Below the pieces are notes generated by a model. That model did no database searches. It saw only the letters and a list, made by a program, of their open reading frames with translations, and was not told where the DNA came from. This document shows, piece after piece, positions 10,740 through 20,113 of a DNA stretch of 64,000 nucleotides; the first letter of the stretch is position 1, and each line of letters opens with the position of its first letter. The translations under genes and the position numbers were made by a program. The stretch spans positions 384,001 through 448,000 of the forward strand of contig JAHPZA010000006.1 in the NCBI GenBank assembly GCA_019058445.1, read 5' to 3'. The stretch is from Promethearchaeota archaeon (GTDB lineage Archaea; Asgardarchaeota; Lokiarchaeia; Sigyniarchaeales; SOKP01).

Positions 10740-11708
10740 TTAAACTAAGTTAAGAATGTCACCTACGAGGAGATAGGTATAAACCACGATGCGGTTTGCT
10801 TCCTCTCTGTCGATTTTTGCGTGGGTTGCTTTATGTGAACCCTTTAAAATACTTTCTAATCGATCCCCAATAAATCTAAGATGCGATCCTACTATTTTAA
10901 TATATGTCTCTGATTCACTTTTTTGATTAATAAACTCAATAATTCTATTGATGTATTGTTCCTCACCAAGTTTATGAGATTTCCCATCTATACCTTTCTT
11001 GATATTCTTAGTTGGAGGATAAATAGCATCTGCTAAATCTTTTAGAATTCTTCGACAAATATGGACTGCGTTTGACCAATTTTCAGGATTCTCAGAAGTG
11101 AGATTTTCATATATAGCAACTAATTTTTCAAGAGATTCTGGAACTATTTCTCCTATTTTTTGATCAACATTTTGTTTTATCGCACTAAAGATATCTTCAG
11201 CTATTTTCGAATAATTTAGTTCTAAGTAGGTTTTTGTAATATATTCATAAATAAATGATCGTCGATGTGCTAATATTTCTGAGACTTCTTGAAATCTTTT
11301 TTGTAAATTATTACGCTCATCTAAATCGCTTGCTGAGTCTATTCTCTTAATTATAAATTTTTTCTCACTCTCTAATTTTTCTATTGCATCTGGAATAAAT
11401 TCTAAAAATCCATCTACTTCTAAATATTCCCTTCCTGCCAATGTTGCCAATCTTTCTACTTCACGGAATTCAATATTTTCTTCATAAACATTAATTTTTG
11501 GGTATCCAGAGATTTCTAATTCCATTAGCCTCACCATCTCAAAATTATTCAACAAACGAGCGAGACGAATTGTCTTGAGTGCAATTAAAGCTAGAGAAAT
11601 CTCACTTAATTCAATGTTTTTCAAGATCTCGCTTGCAAGGTGTATAGCCTCATTATAAGCCTTTTTTGAAGGAGGAACTTTAAAAATATCATTTTTAATT
11701 TTTTTCAT
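10740..11708 (-). CDS. AbiTii-domain protein with a HEPN-like helical C-terminus
   Basis: N-terminal IALKTIRLARLL...LEISGY typical of AbiTii; C-terminal NAVHICRRILKDLADAIYP...HKATH. Confidence 0.65.
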   Translation of the reverse strand: MKKIKNDIFKVPPSKKAYNEAIHLASEILKNIELSEISLALIALKTIRLARLLNNFEMVRLMELEISGYPKINVYEENIEFREVERLATLAGREYLEVDGFLEFIPDAIEKLESEKKFIIKRIDSASDLDERNNLQKRFQEVSEILAHRRSFIYEYITKTYLELNYSKIAEDIFSAIKQNVDQKIGEIVPESLEKLVAIYENLTSENPENWSNAVHICRRILKDLADAIYPPTKNIKKGIDGKSHKLGEEQYINRIIEFINQKSESETYIKIVGSHLRFIGDRLESILKGSHKATHAKIDREEANRIVVYTYLLVGDILNLV

Positions 11709-11794
11709 CTATATAACTTACAAAAAATTATAAGTTTAAGAATATTGATATGAATGATCTTCAATTGTGAAATTAGAATTCAAGATGTGTTTTT

Positions 11795-12157
11795 ATGAGT
11801 GAACGAGAAAGTTATGCCAAAAGATATAAGAATCTTTGGATATCATTATCTGATTGGCTTAAAACTAAATCTGGTTGGAAAGTGGGAGGAGTAGCAAAGG
11901 AAGGATCTCGCAGGGAAGGAGATTTTAAGGATAAAAGCGATTTGGATATGGATTTCTGGATAGCTGAAACATATCAGAAGCAGAAAGTCTATGATGACAT
12001 TATCCCGAAATTAAGGAATCATTACAAGAGTAGCCAAGTACAAAAGGGACGTAGCAGCAATGTCATTAAATTCTCCTCGAAGGATCTTAAGGTAGATATC
12101 GTGTTGCTCCCTAAAAAGGAATTCATGGAGAAGAGGAAGAAATACAAAGAAAACTAA
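11795..12157 (+). CDS. Small Pol-beta-superfamily nucleotidyltransferase (MNT or CD-NTase N-lobe-like)
   Basis: GS-x9-SDLDMD motif and a third acidic residue in KVDIVL; 120 aa. Confidence 0.7.
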   Translation: MSERESYAKRYKNLWISLSDWLKTKSGWKVGGVAKEGSRREGDFKDKSDLDMDFWIAETYQKQKVYDDIIPKLRNHYKSSQVQKGRSSNVIKFSSKDLKVDIVLLPKKEFMEKRKKYKEN

Positions 12158-12573
12158 AATTATCAATTTTTGAAAGAGATCTATAATTCTATGATTTATA
12201 AAACTATTCAGTTATATAAATAAGAGAGGTTTAAGGATTAATAATTAATACAGCAATAAACAATCTCTAATGATAATATTGGGATTCTACTTATTATTCT
12301 ATAGAATTTGGTTTATATAAATCATTTTTATATAAGATTTGCATTGTGACTGTGAAATCATGTTAAAGGCTCACCCTATTGTGATGGCGGATTTTGGTAT
12401 TGATGTAGAATAGTCAAATTTTTCTCCGTTATTTTATTTTTGTCGTGCTTGCCTCCTTCTGATGGGATGTAGGATTTTCTTCATATTCCATATGATATTA
12501 CATCCCTATTTTTATTATGTAATTCTATATAATAAAAAAAGAAAAATAAAAAAAAAAATTAATTTTTAAGAAT

Positions 12574-14519
12574 TTAAATACCTAATTTTGTTCTATTTGA
12601 TTCTATATGCTCCATCATAGCATCAACGGCTTGAACAGGATCTGTTTCAACATGCAGGATTCCCCCTGTAACATCCTTACAATCTACAGTTAAGAGTTTA
12701 ACTAAATTGGGACCGCCAGTGACAGTAGGGACCGGATTAACATATGTGTAAAGACCAAAGGCTAATGCGAAGATTGCATCAATTGTTGCCTTCTGCTCCA
12801 TTGGAACTCGCTAATATTGAATTAATTAGCAATATATTCTGGAGCAGCCGCGACTATAGGCAGATCTGGAATAGGCACACCTCCAAGAGCCCCAGATATA
12901 GCTCCGATTAAATCAGCTATTCGCCCTGTATCTGTGCATGTACCATAACTTAACACAGGGGGAACTGATAATTTCTCACATAAAGCTTTTAGACCTGGTC
13001 CAGCTAAATCTTTTGCTTCAAAAGAACAGAGTCCTGCCACTTGTAATGCTCCATTACCACACCCCATAGATAGGACCAATACATCCCTTTTAATTAATTC
13101 CTTAGCAATATTTATAGTATGTACATCTTGTCCATAATCTCTTAACGTTGTACAAGAAACTAATCCAGCTACACCTCGAATTGTGCCATTTTTTATAGCC
13201 TCTAATAAAGGCTCAATGCTACCACCGAGTGCTGCAACTATACTTTCAGTTGAAAATCCAACCAATGCTTCATTCATCTCTAATCCTGTCACTGGCTCTA
13301 TGTTTGCTCTCCGTTCTTGAAAATTATCAATAGCCATTTGTAAGAGTTTTCCTGCCTGTTCTTCTGCCTTTTCAGGAAGATAATCTAATCTTTCGGTTAT
13401 TCCTTCAAAAGCTACAACTTCCGATACTGGAATCAATTTAAACTTATATCTTTCAGCATAGAGCGGATCTATGGGCATAGAACAGTTCATGTCACATACA
13501 AACGCATCAATACAACCGCTCGCTAAGATTGCTTCTTGCATGATCCAATTTCCTGTGAATCCATAAAACACATCATCCATTTCCCATCGCTGTATCATTT
13601 CTTGCCCAGTTTCTATGTTAGCTATGATTCTTAATCCCTTAGCACCAACTGCTTTAGCTTTTTCTTGCCATTCTTGTTTACGCGCCAATTGAACCATCGC
13701 AAATCCTAAAAATGGTTCATGACCATTAGGAACAACATTCACATAATCGGGGTCCAAAACACCTAAGTTTACTCGCATTTTATGGGGTTTAGGTACATTA
13801 AATAAAATATCTTGACAAAATTCATTCACTATCTGACTCTGGTATGCCATAGCCACTCCTAGTCTCATCGCCTTAAGTGCTAAGCTGGCATAATAACCAT
13901 CTATATTTGTAAGACATGAACTAGTTGCCAACATCATTTCGCTATAAATTCCTCCCGGAAAGATATTTAATTTTTTCCAGACATCCTTCCTTTCTTTTGG
14001 TGCTAATGCTTCTACTATTTTACTTGAATCCGTGTAAGATCTATTAAAATCATCTTTTACAAATTCGCATAGGCGAAGCGCAATTTCTTTATCTGAACCA
14101 GAAGTATCAACTCCAAGACGTTTTGCAAAACTTTTCAACTTATCCGGTTCGCTAATTTTATAAGGTGTTTTACCTTCAGCTGTTGCCTTAAGGGTTTTAA
14201 TAGTTGTTTCTGTATGATAATGGTACGTGGAAGCCCCTAAAACATTTCTAAGTAGCATCATTCGCATTGCCATTCCATCTGCTGTAATTCCACATACACC
14301 TCTTTTATCGATAGAAGCATCCGCTCTACAAGGGCCATTAGAACATAAATCGCATCGAGCACCTTTTAAGCAAAATGGACATCTTTTATCAGGGACACCT
14401 CCAAAACCTTGTGCCTCAAAACGATCCCAGATATTAATCATACCATCTTTTTTAATTCTCTCATAAACTTTTCGTACTGACTCATGATACGATAATCTTT
14501 CACCTTCCAATTTCCACAC
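12574..14519 (-). CDS. cooS: CooS-family (Ni-CODH/HCP scaffold) protein, spliced: exon 1 14519-12834, exon 2 12801-12574, about 637 aa
   Basis: CPFC..GARCDLCSNGPC, GHEP, DMNC, SCTT, GCG, GTCTD. Removing the 32-nt insert joins AAPEY to MEQKATIDA, the expected continuous motif. True start may be TTG 14510 after GAGGTG. Confidence 0.9.
12802..12833 (-). other. Putative BHB (tRNA-endonuclease type) intron in cooS mRNA, 32 nt
   Basis: CUGCUCCA-GAAU-AU^A-UUGCUAAU-(9-nt loop)-AUUAGCGA-GUUC-CA^A-UGGAGCAG: 8-bp exon stem, 4-bp central helix, two 3-nt bulges, 8-bp intron stem. Confidence 0.88.
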
Positions 14520-14611
14520 CTCATTACTTTGTTAAAAATTTTTTAAGATAGATTGGTTTATAAAAATTCTATCTCTAAATTATTGAAATTTCTTAAGTAA
14601 ATATATCTATA

Positions 14612-14632
14612 TTCGAACATGTTCGAACATGT
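14612..14632. promoter_or_regulatory. Overlapping 16-bp palindromes upstream of cooS, candidate operator
   Basis: TTCGAACATGTTCGAA (14612-14627) and ACATGTTCGAACATGT (14617-14632) are both perfect palindromes, next to an AT-rich TATA-like stretch. Confidence 0.4.
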
Positions 14633-14692
14633 CCAGAAATGCTATAAAAAATTGAGTAAAAAATTGAAATTTAAAATTGCTTTTAATTTAAT

Positions 14693-17068
14693 TTAGTCAT
14701 ATTCCTTTGCAACTGGATATCCTTTACGATGCCACATCATCATTCCACCAGTCAAATTTCTCACGTCTTTAAACCCTGCTTGTACTAAAAGTTGGGCTGC
14801 CATCATCGATCGTGCTCCACTATGGCAAATAGTTATTACTTCTTCATCTTTATAATCGTTGAGAGCATCGAAATCATTCATGAGTTCACCAAGTGGCACT
14901 AATTTAGCTGATTTAATATGGCTTCCCACCCCATTATATTCCTGAGGAGTGCGTACATCAACCAGGATAGCAGGTGCGTCCTCTGACTCAAGCCTCTCAT
15001 ATAACTCATCAGCAGTTATGTCTGATAAGGCAGGGGCTTCAGGGGTTCTAAGTTCTTTTCTTGTTTTCCGTTCAACCTTTACAGGTGAAATAATTTCCCC
15101 TTGAGGGATTGTACCCTTCTCCAACGTAGCAACAAGCTTTCCTTCTTCTTTCCCTAAATATAATAAGTCAATGGCCTCATTTAATTTTGAATATGCTTCC
15201 ACACTTGATTTAAATCCTGGATCCGTTGCATATACTTTCAATTTTTTGCCTTCTGGGAGTGTATCAAGCCCTTTAATTAATGCATTTAAAGGTCCTGGAC
15301 AGCTTAATCCACAGGCATCTACTGTAATAAATTCATCATCTCCTGTTGCTTTTTCTTTTACGAAAGTTTCCATTTGCGCCTCAAATCCTCCACATGAGGC
15401 TACGATCTCTTCACATGAAGCACTTGCCATTTCATAGAGCTTATACCCTCCTGTTAGATCGTATACTTCTTTGTAACCATGCTGGAGAAGTATTCGAGTT
15501 GCTAAATAGCTTCTATATCCCACCTCACAATAAGCATAGATGGGTTTATTCTTTGGAATCTCTTCCATTCTATCTCTTAATTCTTCAATCGGAATATTTA
15601 TAGATCCCTCAATGGCTCTAGCGTTATGCTCTTCTGGTGTTCTTACATCTAATAAGACTACACCATTGTTTTTAAGATCATCAACATCATGCCAATGCCA
15701 AATAGGCATATCTCCTTTGAGGAAATTTGCTGCAACAAATCCAGCCATATTCACCGGATCTTTAGCTGAGCTGTAAGGAGGTGCATATGTTAGTTCTAGC
15801 TCTTCTAAATCAAAAACTGTACCTCCCATTTTTATAATCGTGGATATTACATCAATTCTCTTTTCCGTCCCTTGCCCTCCCACGATTTGTGCTCCTAATA
15901 CTTTTCCTGTAGGGACTTCAAACAGAAGTTTAAAAGCCATAGGAACAGCTCCCGGGTAATACCCAGCATGGTTATTAGGATGGACATATACTTTATCATA
16001 TTTAATCTCAGAATTTTTCAGCTGTTTTTCTGTTAAACCCACGGCTGCCACACTCACATCAAAAACTTTTACTACTGAAGCTCCTAAAATACCCTTATAT
16101 TCATTATCTCTCCCTGCTATGTTATCTGCTGCGATTCTTCCTTGCTTATTAGCAGGACCTGCTAAGGCAATAGCGATTGGATCTCTCGTTTGAAAATGGG
16201 TTACCTGAACGGCATCTCCTACAGCGTATATGTGAGTATCGGAAGTTTGCATTTTCTTATTCACAATAATATGCCCTCTCTGCCCTAAATCCAGTCCAGC
16301 GTCTTTTGCTAATTTACTCTGTGATCTAATTCCAATCGCTAATATAACCAGGTCTGTTTCAATCATACGACCATTTTTAGTCTTCACATAAGGCTTATCA
16401 CCATTAATTCTTCCAAAAGACTCTACGGGGTCCTCCAGAACTAAGCACACCCCATTTAAAATTAATTCCTGATGAATGAATTGGGCAATTTCTTTGTCGA
16501 ACGCGGGCATAACTTGATCAAGCATTTCTACAATTTTTACTTTAACACCTTTTTCTACTAAATTTTCTGCCATCTCTAATCCAATAAACCCGCCACCTAC
16601 AATAACCGCATGATTAATTGTTCTCTTATCTACAAAGTCTCTAATCTTGACTGCATCAGGAATTGTCCATATGGTATAATAAGGAATAGAATCTAATCCT
16701 TGAAATGGAGGAATTATTGGCTGTGAACCTGTAGCTAGAAGTAAATAATCATAATAAAGCTCGTACTCTTGCATATTTTGTAAATCTCTCACTTTAATCC
16801 TTTTCTTGGCTTTATCGATTGAAATCGCCTCGTTATTAACTCTTACGTCTATATTGAACCGTTCAAGAAATCTTTCAGGTGTGACCAATTCCAATGATTC
16901 TTTTTCCTTAATTACATTTCCAACGTAATATGGTAAGCCACAATTTGCAAAAGATACGTAAGGACCTTTATCAAGCATGATTATTTCAAAATCTTCTCTT
17001 AATCTCCTTAGACGAGCTGCGGCAGATGCGCCACCAGCAACTCCACCAACAATTATTACTTTCTTCAT
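14693..17068 (-). CDS. CoA-disulfide/persulfide reductase-like flavoprotein fused to rhodanese, TusA and a second rhodanese domain
   Basis: GGVAGG, SFANCGLPY, GGGFIGLE, YAPPYS; rhodanese DVRT..YCEVGYRS; TusA DACGLSCPGP; second rhodanese ICHSGARS. Confidence 0.9.
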   Translation of the reverse strand: MKKVIIVGGVAGGASAAARLRRLREDFEIIMLDKGPYVSFANCGLPYYVGNVIKEKESLELVTPERFLERFNIDVRVNNEAISIDKAKKRIKVRDLQNMQEYELYYDYLLLATGSQPIIPPFQGLDSIPYYTIWTIPDAVKIRDFVDKRTINHAVIVGGGFIGLEMAENLVEKGVKVKIVEMLDQVMPAFDKEIAQFIHQELILNGVCLVLEDPVESFGRINGDKPYVKTKNGRMIETDLVILAIGIRSQSKLAKDAGLDLGQRGHIIVNKKMQTSDTHIYAVGDAVQVTHFQTRDPIAIALAGPANKQGRIAADNIAGRDNEYKGILGASVVKVFDVSVAAVGLTEKQLKNSEIKYDKVYVHPNNHAGYYPGAVPMAFKLLFEVPTGKVLGAQIVGGQGTEKRIDVISTIIKMGGTVFDLEELELTYAPPYSSAKDPVNMAGFVAANFLKGDMPIWHWHDVDDLKNNGVVLLDVRTPEEHNARAIEGSINIPIEELRDRMEEIPKNKPIYAYCEVGYRSYLATRILLQHGYKEVYDLTGGYKLYEMASASCEEIVASCGGFEAQMETFVKEKATGDDEFITVDACGLSCPGPLNALIKGLDTLPEGKKLKVYATDPGFKSSVEAYSKLNEAIDLLYLGKEEGKLVATLEKGTIPQGEIISPVKVERKTRKELRTPEAPALSDITADELYERLESEDAPAILVDVRTPQEYNGVGSHIKSAKLVPLGELMNDFDALNDYKDEEVITICHSGARSMMAAQLLVQAGFKDVRNLTGGMMMWHRKGYPVAKEYD

Positions 17069-17645
17069 AATTATCTCATCATTTTTATGTTCTTACTTCT
17101 TAATTTTTAGTTACTCAAAAAATACTCACTACTTTACTAGATGGGATTAAATATCATTTTTTAAGATAATTCTTATGAGTTGTAAATTATGAATCTGTAT
17201 TTTCTTTTCTAATACAGATTTCTTTAGAAATTTCTTATGAATTAAAAAGATTATAATTATAATTTAGAGGGATAATACAAGAAAAATAATCCTTACATTT
17301 TCAATTAATTTTTCGTTGAATTTGTTTTAGCTGTGAAATATCTTCAGATTTACCAAAATTTCTATTTGACATCGCTGATTAAATTACTATAAATTATCTC
17401 TATAAGCTTAATCGGTAAAATAACACAAGTTCTTTTAAAATCTTTTAGTTTTTTTTCTAAATAATACATTATACTTTAAGTATAATTTATACTTTGGATA
17501 AATAATAACAAATTTAAAAATTAGACATATTTTATCTTGTTTTTATCTAATATAACGCACATTTAGGTTAATGTTGATAAATTTATAATAAGCTTCAAGA
17601 AAATTTATACAAAATTTTGAAAAAAGTAAGCTAAAAAAAAAATTT

Positions 17646-18458
17646 TTAATCTAATTTAGGTTGTCTTTCATCCAGAATTATAACCGCATCTATAAATAGC
17701 TCATAATTCTCATCTTCATCAAAATCATGGATGACAACTTTCTCCACTTCGTCAGTTTCACCCTTTATTTCCAAGAGCTCTGATTGTTGAATGATTTTCA
17801 CATCTGAGTGCTTCAATTTGCTTCTTAGTTCAGTATTCCCCGGTATTTCTTTCGCTGAAGTAACTACTATCACTCGACCTGTATATTCTGTTAAATTAAG
17901 TGCAAGTTCTAAAGACTCATCTCCGGAGTCTAAGATTAAAACTCTCTTGTTTTTAAATTCAGTTAAATCTTGAGCTTCTTTATATACTCCTTTTCCTAAG
18001 AATTCATCAACGCCAAGAATAACTTTTATATCTATTTGACAGGATGTCATGACCTCAACCTCAGGCTTAGTTCCATCTCGATAATTTCTAATGGCCGCCT
18101 GTAAAGCATCTGCAGCCAAATTGGAGCAATGCATTTTAATCGGAGGTAATCCATCAAGTTCATCTGCGACATCTTGCCTCGTGATTTTATATGCATCATC
18201 AAGTGTTTTACCTTTTGCCATTTCTGTAACCATTGATGATGTAGACACTGCTGAACCACATCCGAACGTTCTAAATTTAATATCATCTATGATATCCTCT
18301 CCTTTGTCATTCTTCCCCACTTTTATGAACATTTCCATAAGATCACCGCATACAGGATTTCCGACTTTCCCATATCCATCAGGGTCTTCTATTACTCCTA
18401 CATTTCTAGGATTTCGAAAATGATCTAATACTTTTTCTGAATAATTTGTTGATTTCAT
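17646..18458 (-). CDS. iscU: IscU/NifU-type Fe-S scaffold fused to a thioredoxin-reductase-like NAD(P)-binding domain fragment
   Basis: YSEKVLDHFRNPRNVG, GNPVCGD, FGCGSA, LPPIKMHCSNL; extra ~130 aa resembling the TrxB middle domain (GVDEFLGKGV...FKNKRVLIL..GDESLELAL). Confidence 0.85.
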   Translation of the reverse strand: MKSTNYSEKVLDHFRNPRNVGVIEDPDGYGKVGNPVCGDLMEMFIKVGKNDKGEDIIDDIKFRTFGCGSAVSTSSMVTEMAKGKTLDDAYKITRQDVADELDGLPPIKMHCSNLAADALQAAIRNYRDGTKPEVEVMTSCQIDIKVILGVDEFLGKGVYKEAQDLTEFKNKRVLILDSGDESLELALNLTEYTGRVIVVTSAKEIPGNTELRSKLKHSDVKIIQQSELLEIKGETDEVEKVVIHDFDEDENYELFIDAVIILDERQPKLD

Positions 18459-19652
18459 TTAACTATCCACCTCTTTATATTGTTTTAATAAATCAGGAGG
18501 CGTTAATGGTGATAAAATCCTTAACCTTTTAACTATTCCAGGTAATACTTCTATAATTTTATCTATATCCGCCTCTTTCGTAAATCTTCCTAAAGATAAT
18601 AATAAACTACCATGAGCTTCTTCATGCAATAAGCCCATAGCTATTAATGTATGTGAGGGTTCTAATGTTTTTGAACTACAAGCAGATCCAGTTGCTGCTG
18701 CAATTTTTTCGTCTTTTAAACCAAGAATTAAAGACTCTCCCTCAATGTAATCAAAACGAAAGTGGGCATTAATAGGAAGCCTTTTTTCAGGATGGCCATT
18801 TAAATGTGATTTTGGGATTGTGTCTAAGACACTTTTTATAACTTTATCTCTTAATTTCCTAAGACGTTCCGCTTCGGTAGTCATTTCTTCTTTCATGATT
18901 TCTGCTGCCTTTGCAAAACCCACTATTCCAGGTATATTTTCTGAGCCTGATCTCATCCCTCGCTCTTGTCCACCACCAATTATAACTGGATTTACTCGAA
19001 CACCTTTTTTCAAGTAAAGAGCCCCTACTCCTCTCGGTCCGTAAATATCGTTTGATGATAAAGTAATTAAATCTATAGGTACTTTTTGCACATCTATAGG
19101 TATGGTACTTTCGCTTGCAACTGCATCGGTATGAAACAAAATCTTTTTCTTAGATGCTATTTCACTTATTTCATTTATTGGTTGAAGGGAACCAACTTCA
19201 TTACTCGCAGTTGCAACAGAAATTAGAATGGTATTATCAGAAATCAAACGCTCAAGCTTATCCAACCGAATAATTCCATATTGATCAACAGGAACTCTGC
19301 TTACTTTAAAGCCTTGTCTTTCTAGATATTTTCCAAGATTTAAAATTGAGATGTGTTCAATTTCAGATATGATAACATGATCTCCTTTCTTTTGACGATT
19401 AAGTGCGGCACCAATTAAGGCTAAATTATTAGATTCTGTGGCGCTTGATGTAAAAATAATATCAGAAGGATTTGGAGCATTAATAAATTTAGCAACATTT
19501 TCACGAGATTGTTCTAATATATCTGTAGCTACATCTCCGTCACAATGTAAAGAAGAGGGATTTGCGAATTTTTCTTTAAAATAAGGAACCATTTCTGTCA
19601 ATACACGCTCATCTACTGGTCGTGCGGCTTGATAATCTAAGTATATACTCAT
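18459..19652 (-). CDS. iscS: IscS/NifS-family protein with the PLP-binding Lys replaced by Asp
   Basis: IYLDY, ANPSSLH, FHTDAV, GGGQERGMRSGSEN, GSACSS; SSNDIYGPRG where HK(I/F)YGPKG is usual. Confidence 0.85.
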   Translation of the reverse strand: MSIYLDYQAARPVDERVLTEMVPYFKEKFANPSSLHCDGDVATDILEQSRENVAKFINAPNPSDIIFTSSATESNNLALIGAALNRQKKGDHVIISEIEHISILNLGKYLERQGFKVSRVPVDQYGIIRLDKLERLISDNTILISVATASNEVGSLQPINEISEIASKKKILFHTDAVASESTIPIDVQKVPIDLITLSSNDIYGPRGVGALYLKKGVRVNPVIIGGGQERGMRSGSENIPGIVGFAKAAEIMKEEMTTEAERLRKLRDKVIKSVLDTIPKSHLNGHPEKRLPINAHFRFDYIEGESLILGLKDEKIAAATGSACSSKTLEPSHTLIAMGLLHEEAHGSLLLSLGRFTKEADIDKIIEVLPGIVKRLRILSPLTPPDLLKQYKEVDS

Positions 19653-19731
19653 AACATTATTCCTCCATAAGTTTTATCTTGTTTTTTTATTTTTATTAAT
19701 TCATATATTAAAAGTATAAAAAAATTTAAAA

Positions 19732-20097
19732 TTAAAACCACTGTGTAGCATCAGCTTCAAGAACCAAATCGTTTAATGTCGCGGCACCTACAATTTTTAC
19801 TCCCGGAATTAATTCCACCTTTTCCCATCCTAACATTCGTTTTGAAGCTTCACATACTAAAATTTCTATGCCCATTTCCAATGTTTTATCTAGCATTTCT
19901 TTTACGCTTGGAAAATCTCCGATTTTTATTTGTTCCGCTTCTCCAGGTTTTAGTATTTTTAATGCTGTTCCTAAATAGTACACTTTTGCTCCAAGGTCCA
20001 TAGCTTTTGCTGTCTGGGCTAATATTAAGGGAGAATATTGCCTCTCAGGAGCATCGCTTGTCTGTACATATAAAATCCATTTTTTATCTTCACTCAT
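19732..20097 (-). CDS. DsrE/DsrF-family protein
   Basis: GIEILVCEAS, GVKIVGAATL; 121 aa; sulfur-relay context. Confidence 0.8.
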   Translation of the reverse strand: MSEDKKWILYVQTSDAPERQYSPLILAQTAKAMDLGAKVYYLGTALKILKPGEAEQIKIGDFPSVKEMLDKTLEMGIEILVCEASKRMLGWEKVELIPGVKIVGAATLNDLVLEADATQWF

Positions 20098-20113
20098 TTT
20101 CTCTTATCCCATC

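Noticed and set aside
12338-12413. Fragment reading LHCDCEIMLKAHPIVMADFGIDVE*, resembling a CDCE-motif protein tail
   Set aside because: No start and too short; at best a remnant at the island edge
12574-12833. cooS as a pseudogene, or 12574-12801 as a separate gene
   Set aside because: Both parts are otherwise intact and the insert has exact BHB geometry that restores the frame; an intron is the simpler explanation, though unproven without RNA data
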